Assembly: GCA_035943095.1 (NCBI GenBank)
Contig: DASZCN010000011.1
Location: 1,775 to 65,774 of the forward strand
Source of the DNA: Gemmatimonadales bacterium
Lineage (GTDB): Bacteria; Gemmatimonadota; Gemmatimonadetes; Gemmatimonadales; GWC2-71-9
Direction: 5' to 3'
Length of the DNA: 64,000 nucleotides
The notes beneath the pieces were generated by a model. It did no database searches, had not been told where the DNA came from, and was given only the letters and a program-made list of their open reading frames with translations. Positions within the stretch are counted from its first letter, which is position 1, and the number at the start of each line of letters is the position of its first letter. Below are positions 34,887 through 45,309 of the stretch, in pieces. The position numbers and the translations under genes are program-made.

Positions 34887-36155
34887 CTAGCTTTTACTCT
34901 CGGGCCCGAGCCACACAACTGTCTGGCGCTCCGGCGCGAAGAATTCCGCCGCGACCGCCGCGACCTCGTCTTCCGTAAGCTCCCCAACCGTCGCCAGCAC
35001 CTGATCGAGGCTCTGGTATGGCTCGCCATGAACGGGGAAAGCGGCCAAACGATACATCCGCGCCGACGGACTCTCCAGAGACAACATCAGCTGGCCACGG
35101 GTCTGCTGCTTTGCGGCGGCGAGTGCCTCGCCCCGCAGGCCCTCGCGGGCGAGCTTGCCGTATTCCTCGCGAATCGCCGCTTCGGCCTGGGACGCCGTCT
35201 TGGGTTGCGTGCCGACGTACACACCGGTTACACCGACCTGCCGGTAGAAACTGGTAAACGCGTAGATCCCGTAGGCCAGGCCTAGCTCTTCACGGATCCG
35301 CTGAAACAACCGGCTGGACATCCCGCCGCCGAAGACGTTCGCCAGCACGAGCAAGGCGTACTTCCGGCGATCGGCGTACGGCACCGAATCGGTCGCGAAC
35401 ACGATGTGGGTCTGCGCGGTGTCCTTCTGGTGACGAGCCGCCGTCCCGCGAATGGCAGTGGGAGGGGGTGCCGTGGCCGTCGTCCCTAGCCGGTTGCGGG
35501 ATGCGGGTTCGAACCAGCCGTGCTGCTCGAGCCCTTGGAGCAGCTCCTCGTGGGCCAGATTGCCCGCCGCGGCAATGACGCAGTTGGCCGGAAAGTAGGC
35601 TCCGGCATGCAGCTGCTTGAGATCGTCAGTCGAGAGCGCGCTGACCGTGTCGCGCGTGCCGAGAATGGAGTAACCGTATGGATGCTTGGGCCAGAGGGCC
35701 TGGTAGGAGAAATCGAAGACCTGGTCGTCCGGCGTGTCCTCGACCGTGTTGATCTCCTCGAGTACGACGTTCCGCTCGAGCTCCAGGTCCCCCGCCCGGA
35801 GCACCGGGTTGCGGACGAGGTCGGTCAGCACGTCGAGCGCCTGCGGGAGGTCGGTGTCCAAGACTCGGGCCTGGAACGCGGTGGTATCGCGAGAGGTATA
35901 CGCGTCGAGTGAACCGCCGCGGGCCTCGAGCGCGAGCGCGATCTGTTGCGCCGTACGCCGCTCGGTGCCCTTGAATACCATGTGCTCGAGCAGGTGGGAT
36001 ACGCCCATCTTGGGGCGGGGCTCGTTCGCGCTGGCGCTCCGCACCCAAATCCCCACCGCCACCGAGCGCACGCTGGGCACTCGCTCCGAGAGCACGATCA
36101 CACCGCTCGGCGCGGTGGTCTGAAAGATCTCCCGGTCGAGCCGGACCGTCTCCAT
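34887..36155 (-). CDS. M16-family zinc peptidase (insulinase-like)
   Basis: HxxEH motif in GVSHLLEHMVFKGTERR. It sits downstream of pnp, as in many bacteria. Confidence 0.85.
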   Translation of the reverse strand: METVRLDREIFQTTAPSGVIVLSERVPSVRSVAVGIWVRSASANEPRPKMGVSHLLEHMVFKGTERRTAQQIALALEARGGSLDAYTSRDTTAFQARVLDTDLPQALDVLTDLVRNPVLRAGDLELERNVVLEEINTVEDTPDDQVFDFSYQALWPKHPYGYSILGTRDTVSALSTDDLKQLHAGAYFPANCVIAAAGNLAHEELLQGLEQHGWFEPASRNRLGTTATAPPPTAIRGTAARHQKDTAQTHIVFATDSVPYADRRKYALLVLANVFGGGMSSRLFQRIREELGLAYGIYAFTSFYRQVGVTGVYVGTQPKTASQAEAAIREEYGKLAREGLRGEALAAAKQQTRGQLMLSLESPSARMYRLAAFPVHGEPYQSLDQVLATVGELTEDEVAAVAAEFFAPERQTVVWLGPESKS

Positions 36156-38251
36156 CAGTGGGAGCGCGCGGGCTCCGGCTTCTCCAGGAGCGCTTTCCTC
36201 GACAACCGCATGCGACCGCGCTCGTCCACCTCGAGCAGTTTCACGCGAACGTGGTCGCCTTTCTTCACGACGTCCTCGGTGCGCTCGGTGCGGCCGTGCT
36301 GCAGCTCGGAGATGTGGAGCAGCCCCTCCACGCCCGGCAGGATCTCGATGAATGCGCCGAACGCAGTAGTGCTCTTTACCACGCCCTCGTAGATCTTGCC
36401 GACCTCAGGCTCCTGCACCAACCCCTGGACCATGTCGCGCGCCCGCTCGCCACCCTCGCCCACCGCGGAGATCGTCACGAGCCCGTTGTCGTCCACGTTG
36501 ATCTCGGCGCCGGTCTGCTCCTGTATCGCCCGGATGGTCTTGCCCTTGGGCCCAATCAGGTCGCCGATCTTGTCCGGCCGGATCTGGATCGTGATGATGC
36601 GCGGCGCGTACTTGGACAGCTGCGAGCGGGGCTTCGGAATCGCCTGGTCCATGATGTCGAGGATATGCAACCGGGCCCGCTTCGCTTTCTCGAGCGCCTC
36701 GGTGATGATCTTGAAGTCGAGTCCGGCGATCTTGATGTCCATCTGGATCGAGGTGACGCCCTCACGGGTACCGGCGACCTTGAAGTCCATGTCGCCCAGG
36801 TGATCCTCGGTGCCGAGAATGTCCGTGAGCACCGCCACGCGGTCGCCTTCCTTAATCAGCCCCATGGCGATCCCGGCACACGCCCCCGTCATCGGCACGC
36901 CGGCGTCGAACAACGCCAGCGAGCCGCCGCATACGGTCGCCATGGACGACGAGCCGTTCGATTCCAGGATGTCCGAGACGATCCGGATCGTGTAGGGGAA
37001 CTGGTCGTAGGGCGGGAGCAGCGCCTGCAGCGCGCGCTCGGCCAACGCGCCATGCCCCACCTCGCGGCGGGACGTGCCGCGAATCGGCCGCACTTCCCCG
37101 GTCGAGAACGGCGGGAAGTTGTAGTGCAGCATGAACGACTTGGACGTCTCCTGCGCGACGTCGATCGAGTCGATCCGCTGCTCGTCGGACACCGTGCCGA
37201 GGGTCGCCGATACCAGCGCCTGCGTCTGCCCGCGGGTGAACAGGGCGGAGCCGTGCGTGCGTGGCAGGACGCCCACCTCGCAGCTGATGGGTCGGACGGT
37301 GTCCAGGTCGCGGCCGTCAACGCGCTCCGCGTGCGTGAGCACCTGCTCGCGCATCGTGCGGTATTCGATGTCCTCGATCACGTTCGCGACGTCTTTCACG
37401 TTGTCGGGGAACTCGGCCGCGAGCTGCTCCTGGATCGTGGCCTTCAGCGCCCCGAGGGCCTGCGCCCGCTCCGCCTTCTCGGGCAGGTTGAGCGCTTCCG
37501 TGACTCGCGCCTCCGCCAGGGCCTTCACACGGTCGACCAGCTCCGTCGGGGGTTCGACTTTGGTCCACTCCATCTTGGGCTGACGCATCTCGGCCACGAG
37601 CTCCTGCGCCGCGTCCAGCAGCTCGCGAATGCCCTTCTGCGCCACCTCGAGCCCTTTCACGATTTCGGCCTCCGTGAGCTCGAGCGCCCCGCCCTCCACC
37701 ATCACGATCGAATCCTTCGAGCCGGACACGACCATGTCCACGTCGGAGAATTCGAGCTGCTGGAACGTGGGATTCAAGATCCAGGCGCCCTCGACCCGGC
37801 CCACCCGCACCGCGGCGATCGGGCCGTTCCATGGCACCTTGGACATCGTCAACGCGGCCGAGGCGGCCGTCAGACCCAGGACGTCGGCGTCGTTCTCCTG
37901 ATCCGCCGAGAGCACGTACACGAATACCTGGACCTCGTTCTTGAACCCTTCGGGGAAGAGCGGCCGGACCGAGCGATCGATCACCCGCGCCGCGAGGATC
38001 TCCTCGTCCGACGGCCGGCCTTCACGCTTCAAAAAGCCGCCGGGGATCTTGCCGGCGGCGTAGGCCTTCTCGCGGTATTCGACGGTCAGTGGAAAGAACG
38101 GGAGGGTCGAGACGTTGTCCGACACCGTCACCGTGGCGAGCACGACCGTCTCCCCGAACTGCACGAGGCAGGAGCCCGCGGCCTGTTTGGCCAGGCGGCC
38201 TGCCTCGAGCTTCAGGGCGCGGCCCGCGAAGTTGCGTTCGACGTGTTTCAC
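36155..38251 (-). CDS. pnp: Polyribonucleotide nucleotidyltransferase (PNPase)
   Basis: Two RNase PH domains, then KH (..IGPKGKTIR..) and S1 (..[20 protein letters not shown]..) domains. The 818-aa plus-strand ORF here is an antisense shadow. Confidence 0.95.
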   Translation of the reverse strand: MKHVERNFAGRALKLEAGRLAKQAAGSCLVQFGETVVLATVTVSDNVSTLPFFPLTVEYREKAYAAGKIPGGFLKREGRPSDEEILAARVIDRSVRPLFPEGFKNEVQVFVYVLSADQENDADVLGLTAASAALTMSKVPWNGPIAAVRVGRVEGAWILNPTFQQLEFSDVDMVVSGSKDSIVMVEGGALELTEAEIVKGLEVAQKGIRELLDAAQELVAEMRQPKMEWTKVEPPTELVDRVKALAEARVTEALNLPEKAERAQALGALKATIQEQLAAEFPDNVKDVANVIEDIEYRTMREQVLTHAERVDGRDLDTVRPISCEVGVLPRTHGSALFTRGQTQALVSATLGTVSDEQRIDSIDVAQETSKSFMLHYNFPPFSTGEVRPIRGTSRREVGHGALAERALQALLPPYDQFPYTIRIVSDILESNGSSSMATVCGGSLALFDAGVPMTGACAGIAMGLIKEGDRVAVLTDILGTEDHLGDMDFKVAGTREGVTSIQMDIKIAGLDFKIITEALEKAKRARLHILDIMDQAIPKPRSQLSKYAPRIITIQIRPDKIGDLIGPKGKTIRAIQEQTGAEINVDDNGLVTISAVGEGGERARDMVQGLVQEPEVGKIYEGVVKSTTAFGAFIEILPGVEGLLHISELQHGRTERTEDVVKKGDHVRVKLLEVDERGRMRLSRKALLEKPEPARSH

Positions 38252-38286
38252 CAGATTGCCTGTCTAGAGCACAAAGAAATGCGCGA

Positions 38287-38313
38287 GGCGCCCCGGTGCT
38301 CTTCCGGGGCGCC
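38287..38313 (-). terminator. Perfect 10-bp GC hairpin in the rpsO-pnp spacer (terminator/processing stem)
   Basis: GGCGCCCCGG (38287..38296), 7-nt loop, CCGGGGCGCC (38304..38313). On the minus strand it is followed by a U-containing stretch (..CGCAUUUCUUUGUG). Confidence 0.5.
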
Positions 38314-38332
38314 CAACGCGACGCCAGCGGTG

Positions 38333-38590
38333 TCAATGGCGGAGACCGAGCTCGTCGATGAGCTGCCGATACCGCTCCAGGTCGGCGCGCTTCAGGTACT
38401 CGAGCAGGCGGCGGCGCTGCGAAACCATCTTGAGCAGCCCGCGCTGGCCGTGAAAGTCCTTGGCGTGCACCCGGAAGTGATCGGTGAGGCTGTTGATCCG
38501 CTCGGTGAGCAGCGCGATCTGGACCGGGGCCGACCCCGTGTCGCCCTCGTGCTGCCCGTACTTCCTGACCGGCGTCGTCTTGTCGTACAT
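38333..38590 (-). CDS. rpsO: 30S ribosomal protein S15
   Basis: ..[51 protein letters not shown].. Confidence 0.95.
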   Translation of the reverse strand: MYDKTTPVRKYGQHEGDTGSAPVQIALLTERINSLTDHFRVHAKDFHGQRGLLKMVSQRRRLLEYLKRADLERYRQLIDELGLRH

Positions 38591-38660
38591 CTGTTCCAGT
38601 TCCCTAATTGTTGAGAGCGCAGTAACTTAGACCGCCAATACTGGTTTGTAAAGCCCTCGT

Positions 38661-39575
38661 GTGACGAACGCGCCCCCCCCGCCCTCCCCGCCCCCGGCAC
38701 CCCCGGGGCCCACCGACCTCGTTGGCCGTACCGTCGGCCCCTACGACATCGAGCGTCTGCTTGGCGAGGGCGGATTCGCGTGGGTATTTGCGGGTCGCGA
38801 GCTGGACGGCAGCCCGGTCGCGGTCAAGGTGTTGATGCCGCGCTACGCCGGCGATCCCCAGTTCGAGAAACGGTTCCGCAACGAGGCCGAGACTAGTGCG
38901 CAACTGCGCCACCCCAACATCATCCGCATCCGGTTCGTGGCGCGCTCCGGGAGCTACGTGTACTTCGGGATGGACCTGTGCATCGACTCGCTCGCCGCGC
39001 GGCTCGCCCGCGAGGGCCCGCTCCCCGAAGTCGACATCGTCCGCATCGCGGGGAACGTGGCGCGAGGACTCGCCTTCGCCCACGGGCAGGGTTTCATCCA
39101 CCGCGATCTCAAGCCCGGCAACATCCTGCTCCACTCGGACGGCAGCGCCGTCATCTCGGATTTCGGCATCGCGCGCGCCCTGTCGGGCTACGTCGCCTCG
39201 ACCGGCGTGAACATGACCATCGGGACCCCGCAGTACCTTTCGCCCGAGCAGGCGCAGGGTCGACCGCTCGATCAACGCGTGGATTTCTACGCCCTGGGCG
39301 TGACCCTCTACAAGGCGGCGACGGGGGAAGTGCCGTTCGCCTCCATGGACTGGTTCGAGCTCGCGCGGATGCACGTGGAGGACGCGCCACCGTCGCTCCG
39401 CAAGAAACGGCCGGAACTCTCGAAACGCTTCGAGCGCGTCGTGATGAAATGCCTCGCGAAGCACCCTGACGACCGGTACCCCGATGCCACGGCTCTGCTT
39501 GTCGATCTCGCCGCGGTGGACGGGCGCGTGCCCGAGCCGCGGTGGTCTCGGTGGCAACGCTGGTGGTCAGGCTGA
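38661..39575 (+). CDS. Ser/Thr protein kinase, catalytic domain only, with a Pro-rich N-terminus and a Trp/Arg-rich C-terminal tail
   Basis: GEGGFAWVF..VAVKVL..HRDLKPGNILL..DFGIA..GTPQYLSPEQ. It ends ..RWSRWQRWWSG. Confidence 0.85.
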   Translation: MTNAPPPPSPPPAPPGPTDLVGRTVGPYDIERLLGEGGFAWVFAGRELDGSPVAVKVLMPRYAGDPQFEKRFRNEAETSAQLRHPNIIRIRFVARSGSYVYFGMDLCIDSLAARLAREGPLPEVDIVRIAGNVARGLAFAHGQGFIHRDLKPGNILLHSDGSAVISDFGIARALSGYVASTGVNMTIGTPQYLSPEQAQGRPLDQRVDFYALGVTLYKAATGEVPFASMDWFELARMHVEDAPPSLRKKRPELSKRFERVVMKCLAKHPDDRYPDATALLVDLAAVDGRVPEPRWSRWQRWWSG

Positions 39576-39977
39576 GGGGCTGAGCAGCCGCTGGATCGCT
39601 CCGACAATCCGCGCGAGCACACCCGGCGCGGGCGCCTGGGCCGGTGGAGTGGAAATCACACCCGTCGTCCGGTGGCTCTCGAGGTAGGCCTCGACCGCGC
39701 GCCGGAGCTCCTGCTCGTGCTGTTGGGGAAACGAGCGCTCCGCGAGGCGGATGTCGAAGCCCTGCCCGCCCCCGCCGACGCCGCCGAGCTCCACGATCCC
39801 CGGCGAGGCCCGATCGATGATCTCGATCAACGGACCCAACCCGTCCCGGGTCCCCGGGGTGTCGTTCCGTCCGTAATACGCCGTCGCGATCGTGATCACG
39901 AGGCGTTCCGCTTTCAGGCGTCCCGCGACGTAGTCTTGGAGCGTCTCTCTAATGCGGGAGGATTCGGAGGACATCAT
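39567..39977 (-). CDS. Hypothetical protein (last gene of the dxr-rseP array)
   Basis: 136-aa ORF overlapping the rseP 3' end by 29 nt and converging on the kinase gene with a 9-nt overlap. I recognise no family. Confidence 0.4.
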   Translation of the reverse strand: MMSSESSRIRETLQDYVAGRLKAERLVITIATAYYGRNDTPGTRDGLGPLIEIIDRASPGIVELGGVGGGGQGFDIRLAERSFPQQHEQELRRAVEAYLESHRTTGVISTPPAQAPAPGVLARIVGAIQRLLSPSA

Positions 39978-41310
39978 TGGTGATCGCGAGGATCATGATC
40001 GCCAGGAGGATCACGAAACCAGCCTGGCTCAACCTCATGCGGAGCTCGACCGACAGCGGCTTGCGGCGGACCGCTTCCGCAATGAGAAACATCAGCTGGC
40101 CGCCATCGAGTAGCGGGATCGGTAAGAGGTTCAGGATCGCCAGATTGACGGAAAACAACGCGAGGAAGGTGAGGAACCAGTCCAGGCCGAGCCGCACCAC
40201 CTGGCCGGAGATCTGGCCCACCGTGATGATGCTGCCCACTTCACGCACCGACGTCTGATGGAGGACGAGCCCCTTCAAGAAACCGAGGACGTTCAGCAGT
40301 TGACCCCAGGTTTCCTGGAGCCCGGAGATAGCCGCCTGGCCCAGAGGCTCGCGCACATGGATCGTCGGAGGATCCTGACCGGCTCCGATCGCACCGTACA
40401 CATGAGGACGAGGTGACGCCGTGTCGGTCTCGGTCTTCGCTTCCGGCACGACCGTCACCTCCAGACGCCTCCCGTCGCGTAACACCCCGAAGCGGAGCGG
40501 CTTCCCGGGGCTCCGCCAGACGGTGTGGAGCACGTCGCTCCAGGAGCGCAGCGTGTCGGCGTCGACGCGGCGGAGGAGGTCTCCCGGCTTCAAGCCCGCC
40601 CGGATGGCCGGTCGGCCAGGCTCGAGAATACCGAGCCGTGGAGGGTCGAGACGCACGAGCGCCTGGGCCAGCGCCTCGCGCGTGGCCAGCCCATTGTCCG
40701 ACAACTGCACGACGATCGGCTCCGTACGGCCCGCGACCTCGATCGCGAGATGCGAGGAGCCTCTCAGCAGGTGATCGAGCAGCACGTTCCACGAACGGAT
40801 GGTGTCGCCGCTCACTCGCACGATTTGATCGCCGAACTTGAGGCTCGCGAGCCCTTCCGCCCCCGCCGGCAAACGACTCACGTTCACCGAGTCGATCCGC
40901 GTGCTGGCAAGCTCCGGCGATCCCGCTGTCGCGGCGATGCCCGTGTAGACGAGAAACGCGAACACCACGTTCATGGTCACGCCCGCCAAGATCACGATCA
41001 TGCGCTTCCACACCGGCTGGCGGTCGAAGGCGCGCGCGGGGTCGATCGGGACATCCGACTTGCCGCCTTCGAGGGACCCCGTCATCCCTTCGTCCTCGAG
41101 CCCCGCCATCTTCACGTATCCACCCAGGGGGATGCGCGAGATCCAGTAGTCGGTCTCCCCGCGCCGCCAGCTCAGGATCGGGCGGCCGAAGCCGAGCGAA
41201 AAGCGCAACACCTGGATGCCGAGAGTCTTGGCGGCGATGAAATGCCCCATTTCGTGGACGAAAATCAGGACCGCCAGGACGACGATGACCGCGCCGAGAC
41301 TTATGAGCAC
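39949..41310 (-). CDS. rseP: RIP (site-2) zinc metalloprotease RseP
   Basis: VLISLGAVIVVLAVLIFVHEMGHFIAAK (HExxH), PDZ-like middle region, ..NLLPIPLLDGG.. GTG 41310 overlaps the dxr 3' end. The track start 41988 is an extension. Confidence 0.85.
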   Translation of the reverse strand: MLISLGAVIVVLAVLIFVHEMGHFIAAKTLGIQVLRFSLGFGRPILSWRRGETDYWISRIPLGGYVKMAGLEDEGMTGSLEGGKSDVPIDPARAFDRQPVWKRMIVILAGVTMNVVFAFLVYTGIAATAGSPELASTRIDSVNVSRLPAGAEGLASLKFGDQIVRVSGDTIRSWNVLLDHLLRGSSHLAIEVAGRTEPIVVQLSDNGLATREALAQALVRLDPPRLGILEPGRPAIRAGLKPGDLLRRVDADTLRSWSDVLHTVWRSPGKPLRFGVLRDGRRLEVTVVPEAKTETDTASPRPHVYGAIGAGQDPPTIHVREPLGQAAISGLQETWGQLLNVLGFLKGLVLHQTSVREVGSIITVGQISGQVVRLGLDWFLTFLALFSVNLAILNLLPIPLLDGGQLMFLIAEAVRRKPLSVELRMRLSQAGFVILLAIMILAITNDVLRILPH

Positions 41311-42428
41311 GCGGCCTCCCGCGCGAGGCGACGGGCCTCGGCATCGGCGGCCAGCACGGCGTCGAGCGATCCGGCATCTGTGGGGTGGTGTCCGTCCAAC
41401 ACCCGTGCCACTGTGTCCGCAATGCGGCCGAATCGGATCCGTCCGTCCAGAAACAGCCCGACCGCCACTTCGTTCGCCGCGTTGAACGCGGTGGGCGCGG
41501 TCCCACCCGCCGCGGCCGCCGCCCGCCCCAAGCCGTACGCCGGGTACAGAGCGGCGTGCACGGGCTCGAAGGTGAGCGTCCCCGCGGCCACCGGATCGAA
41601 CCGACGGGCACCGGCGTCGGGCACCCGGTCGGGGTGCGTGAGCGCATACAGAATCGGCAGCTCCATCGTGGGAAAGCCGACCTGGGCGAGGACGGACCCG
41701 TCCACGAACTCGACGAACGCGTGCACCACGGACTGCGGATGGACCACGACCTCGACGGCCTGGTACGGTAGCCCGAACAGGAAGTGGGCCTCGATCACTT
41801 CGAGCGCCTTGTTCACCAGCGTCGCGGAATCGACCGTGATCTTCTTCCCCATCTTCCAGGTGGGATGACGCAGCGCCTCGTCCACGGTGGCGTCTGCCAC
41901 CCGCTCCGGGGGCCAGGTCCGGAACGGGCCGCCGGACGCGGTGAGGATGAGCCGCGCCAGCTCGGTGGGGCGACGACCCGTAATGCACTGCAACACGGCG
42001 CTATGCTCGGAGTCGACCGGGACGATTTCACCGCCGCCCCGGCGCGCCGCCCGGGTGACGAGCTCGCCCGCCATGACGAGCGTTTCCTTGTTCGCGAGCG
42101 CGACGCGCTTCCCCGCCTCGAGCGCCGCAAGCGTCGCCTCGAGGCCCGCCGCACCGACGATACCGTTGAGCACGATGTCCACGTCCGGCCGGGTCGCCGC
42201 TTCGACGAGGCAGGCGGCCCCGTTTCCCCGCCCCCCGTCCGCCTTCGCCGAGTTCACGAGACCGACGTATCCGGGCTGCCACTCCGCGGCCTGGCGTTCG
42301 AGCAGCTCAGCGTTGGAGTACGCCGTCAGCGCCGCCACGCGGAACCGCTCCCGCTGGCGCGCCAGCACCTGCAGCGCGGAGCATCCGATCGACCCCGTGG
42401 AGCCGAGGATCGCGACGCCGACGCTCAT
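41301..42428 (-). CDS. dxr: 1-deoxy-D-xylulose-5-phosphate reductoisomerase
   Basis: MSVGVAILGSTGSIGCSALQV..ALANKETLV..PVDSEHSA..HPTWKMGKKITVDSATL.. ATG 42428 overlaps the cdsA stop as ATGA. Confidence 0.95.
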   Translation of the reverse strand: MSVGVAILGSTGSIGCSALQVLARQRERFRVAALTAYSNAELLERQAAEWQPGYVGLVNSAKADGGRGNGAACLVEAATRPDVDIVLNGIVGAAGLEATLAALEAGKRVALANKETLVMAGELVTRAARRGGGEIVPVDSEHSAVLQCITGRRPTELARLILTASGGPFRTWPPERVADATVDEALRHPTWKMGKKITVDSATLVNKALEVIEAHFLFGLPYQAVEVVVHPQSVVHAFVEFVDGSVLAQVGFPTMELPILYALTHPDRVPDAGARRFDPVAAGTLTFEPVHAALYPAYGLGRAAAAAGGTAPTAFNAANEVAVGLFLDGRIRFGRIADTVARVLDGHHPTDAGSLDAVLAADAEARRLAREAACS

Positions 42429-43279
42429 GCCAGACCAAAGACCCGCAGCAGCCCTGCGGTGATGGGGAGAACGAAGTACAGCGAGTCGAGCCGGTCGAGT
42501 ACGCCGCCGTGACCGGGAATGAGCGACGATGAGTCCTTCACGCCGACCTCCCGCTTGAACAGGGATTCGGCCACGTCGCCGACCTGGGCCACGATCGCGA
42601 CCACCAGCCCCAAGGTGACGAGCTGTCCGACGCTGAGGCGCACAGCCACCCGTTCGAGCACCAGGGACCCGTACACCAACGCCGCCCCGAGCCCGCCCAC
42701 GACCCCCGCGATAGCTCCGGCCCAAGTCTTTCGGGGGGACAGGACCGGAGCGAGTTTCGGGCCTCCCACCAGGGCGCCGCCCGCCATGGCGCAGGTGTCG
42801 CACACCCAGGTGATCGCGAGCGGCAGGACCGCGAGCGCCACCGAGCCGCGCGGGTGCGCGTCCACGTGTGGGCCGTGGCGGATCGCCACGATGAAGGAGA
42901 GCAGGGCCGACGCGTACAGGGCGCCGAACACCGTGACCGCGACAGCCGTAAGCGGGTGATGGTCCGGCCCACGGGCCGCCGCCACGACGAGCGCGATGAT
43001 CAGCCAGATCGCGCCCGCGTACACGACGGGCTCCCAATCCGCAGAAGTCTTCACCCAGTAAGTGGCGAGCGGTCCCAGCGCCGCGGCGATGAACCCGACC
43101 CACTCGAGGGCTTCGATCCCCTGCCGGCGCGCGAGGTCGTACACCTCGCGCGTGCCGAGGACACCCAGAATGGCCAGCATACCGGCGAGCCACCATCCCC
43201 CTACCGCCAGGAGGGCGAGCGTGCCCGCGATCGCCGGCACAGCCACCCCGATGCGTACGAGCAGGCTGCGGGAGATCAC
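42425..43279 (-). CDS. cdsA: Phosphatidate cytidylyltransferase
   Basis: ..SPRKTWAGAIAG..GDVAESLFKREVGVKDSSSLIPGHGGVLDRLDS.. GTG 43279 overlaps the uppS stop as GTGA. Confidence 0.85.
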   Translation of the reverse strand: MISRSLLVRIGVAVPAIAGTLALLAVGGWWLAGMLAILGVLGTREVYDLARRQGIEALEWVGFIAAALGPLATYWVKTSADWEPVVYAGAIWLIIALVVAAARGPDHHPLTAVAVTVFGALYASALLSFIVAIRHGPHVDAHPRGSVALAVLPLAITWVCDTCAMAGGALVGGPKLAPVLSPRKTWAGAIAGVVGGLGAALVYGSLVLERVAVRLSVGQLVTLGLVVAIVAQVGDVAESLFKREVGVKDSSSLIPGHGGVLDRLDSLYFVLPITAGLLRVFGLA

Positions 43280-44016
43280 GCGGTGACTTTGCCGAACCGG
43301 CGATCGCGCCGCTGATAGTCGAGAATCGCCTGGAACAGCTCCCGGCGCGTCATGTCCGGCCACAGGACGGGCGTAATGTAGAGCTCGGTGTAGGCCAGCT
43401 GCCAGAGTAGAAAGTTGGAGAGCCGGTACTCGCCCGACGTGCGGATGAGGAGGTCGGGATCGCTCCACGGCGCGGTGTACAGGCGCTCGCGCACGGCGTC
43501 CTCGTCGATGTCCTCGAGCCGCTTGACGCCCTTCAGGACCTCCTCGGCCAGGAGCCGCGCGGCGCGCGCCAGCTCCGCCCGCGAGGAATACGAGACGCAC
43601 AGGTTGAGCGCGAGGCGCCCTCCGCTGCTTGTCTCACGCTCGATCCTCTCGACGGCCGCCCGCGCTCTGGGGGCGAGCCGCGTGCGGTCTCCCAGTACGT
43701 GAACCGCCACGCCCTGTCCCGCGAGCTCTGCTACCTCACCCGCGATGTATTCCTCCAGCAGCTGCATGAGCGCGGAGATTTCGGTGACCGGCCGCTGCCA
43801 ATTCTCTTCGGAGAAGGCGAACAGCGTGAGCACCTCCACGCCCGCCTCGATGGCGCCTTCTACCGCCTCGCGCACCGCCTTCATGCCGGCACGGTGACCG
43901 AGGGGCCGTGGCAGGCTGCGCTCACGCGCCCAGCGACCGTTGCCGTCCATGATCACCGCGATGTGGCGCGGGACGGCCCCGTTGACGCGGATCTGAGCGA
44001 GCAGATCGTCCGCCAT
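43276..44016 (-). CDS. uppS: Undecaprenyl-diphosphate synthase
   Basis: HIAVIMDGNGRWA..LTLFAFSEENWQRP..RTSGEYRLSNFLLWQLAYTELY.. Confidence 0.95.
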   Translation of the reverse strand: MADDLLAQIRVNGAVPRHIAVIMDGNGRWARERSLPRPLGHRAGMKAVREAVEGAIEAGVEVLTLFAFSEENWQRPVTEISALMQLLEEYIAGEVAELAGQGVAVHVLGDRTRLAPRARAAVERIERETSSGGRLALNLCVSYSSRAELARAARLLAEEVLKGVKRLEDIDEDAVRERLYTAPWSDPDLLIRTSGEYRLSNFLLWQLAYTELYITPVLWPDMTRRELFQAILDYQRRDRRFGKVTA

Positions 44017-44017
44017 G

Positions 44018-44578
44018 CTAGACCTCCATGATCTCCGCTTCTTTGCCCTTCACCGCTTCGTCCACGAGCTTCAGGTGCTCGTCGTGCAGCTTCTGGACGT
44101 CCTTCTCGGTGTGCTTCTTCTCGTCGTCGGACACATGCTCGGTCTTCTTGATACGGCCAATGGCTTCGGAGCGGGCGTGGCGGACCGCCACGCGGCCTTC
44201 CTCGGCGAACTTGTGGATCACCTTGACGAGCTCCCGGCGCCGCTCTTCCGTGAGCGGCGGAAGGGGGATCCGGATGATGTTGCCGTCGTTCGATGGGGTG
44301 AGACCGAGGTCGGACGCGAGAATCGCCTTCTCGATAGCCTTCAAGACCGATTTGTCCCACGGCTGGATGGTGAGGAGCTTCGGTTCCGGTGCGGCGACGC
44401 TCGCCACCTGATTGAGCGGCATCTCGCTGCCGTAGGCGTCGACCCGCACAAGATCGAGAAGCGCAGTCGTGGCCTTGCCCGTGCGGACGGTCGAGAATTC
44501 CCGCTTCACGGCATCCACGGCCTTGTCCATCGCCTGCTTGGCCTGCTTGACGTGTTCCGCCAGGGGGGAGGAGGTCAT
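44018..44578 (-). CDS. frr: Ribosome recycling factor
   Basis: ..[47 protein letters not shown].. Confidence 0.95.
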   Translation of the reverse strand: MTSSPLAEHVKQAKQAMDKAVDAVKREFSTVRTGKATTALLDLVRVDAYGSEMPLNQVASVAAPEPKLLTIQPWDKSVLKAIEKAILASDLGLTPSNDGNIIRIPLPPLTEERRRELVKVIHKFAEEGRVAVRHARSEAIGRIKKTEHVSDDEKKHTEKDVQKLHDEHLKLVDEAVKGKEAEIMEV

Positions 44579-45309
44579 TGCACGATCGTGCCGACGCGCT
44601 CGCCCGCCAATACCCTCGCTGTCGCGCCGGGCTGGTTGATGTTGAAGACGACGATGGGAAGCTTGTTCTCTTTACACAGGCCGAACGCGTTCGCGTCCAT
44701 CACGGCATACCCCTTCACGAGCGCCTGCTGAAACGACAGCTCCGCAAGGAACTTGGCCTTGGGCTCCTTCTTCGGGTCCGCCGTGTAGACGCCGTCCACG
44801 TTGGTGGCCTTGAGCAGCACCTTGGCCTCGATCTCGAGTGCGCGGAGGACCGCGGCCGTATCTGTGGAAAAATACGGGTTTCCCGTCCCCCCGGCGAAAA
44901 TGACCATCCGTCCCTTTTCGAGATGGCGCAGGGCGCGGCGCCGGATGTAGGGCTCTGCGAGCTCCTCCATCCGAATCGCCGACATGACGCGCGTGTCGAC
45001 GCCCTTCTTCTCCAGTATGTCTTGGAGGGCGAGGGCGTTGATCACGGTCGCGAGCATTCCCATGTAATCCGCCGAGACGCGGTCCATGCCCTGCTCGCTC
45101 GCCGCCGTGCCGCGCAGGATGTTGCCGCCGCCTACCACGAGGCCAAGCTGCACTCCCACGCTCGCGACGCGTTTCAGCTCGTCGGCAAGATGATCGATGA
45201 ATCCGAAGTCAATTCCCCCGCCCGCGCCTCGCTCACCCGCGAACGCCTCACCCGAGATCTTGAGTAGGGCGCGTGGGTACGCGAGGGTGGGACGGGGGGC
45301 AGTCGCCAC
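44575..45309 (-). CDS. pyrH: UMP kinase
   Basis: ..[56 protein letters not shown].. Confidence 0.95.
   Translation of the reverse strand: MATAPRPTLAYPRALLKISGEAFAGERGAGGGIDFGFIDHLADELKRVASVGVQLGLVVGGGNILRGTAASEQGMDRVSADYMGMLATVINALALQDILEKKGVDTRVMSAIRMEELAEPYIRRRALRHLEKGRMVIFAGGTGNPYFSTDTAAVLRALEIEAKVLLKATNVDGVYTADPKKEPKAKFLAELSFQQALVKGYAVMDANAFGLCKENKLPIVVFNINQPGATARVLAGERVGTIVQ

Noticed and set aside
36158-38614. 818-aa plus-strand ORF. Similar long ORFs occur at 50920..52485(+), 53459..55063(+), 55085..56863(+) and 56845..58257(+).
   Set aside because: All lie antisense to unambiguous housekeeping genes (pnp, accC, the carboxyltransferase, rpsA, cmk/aroA). Their composition is low-complexity R/G/P/H-rich, typical of shadow ORFs in GC-rich DNA.
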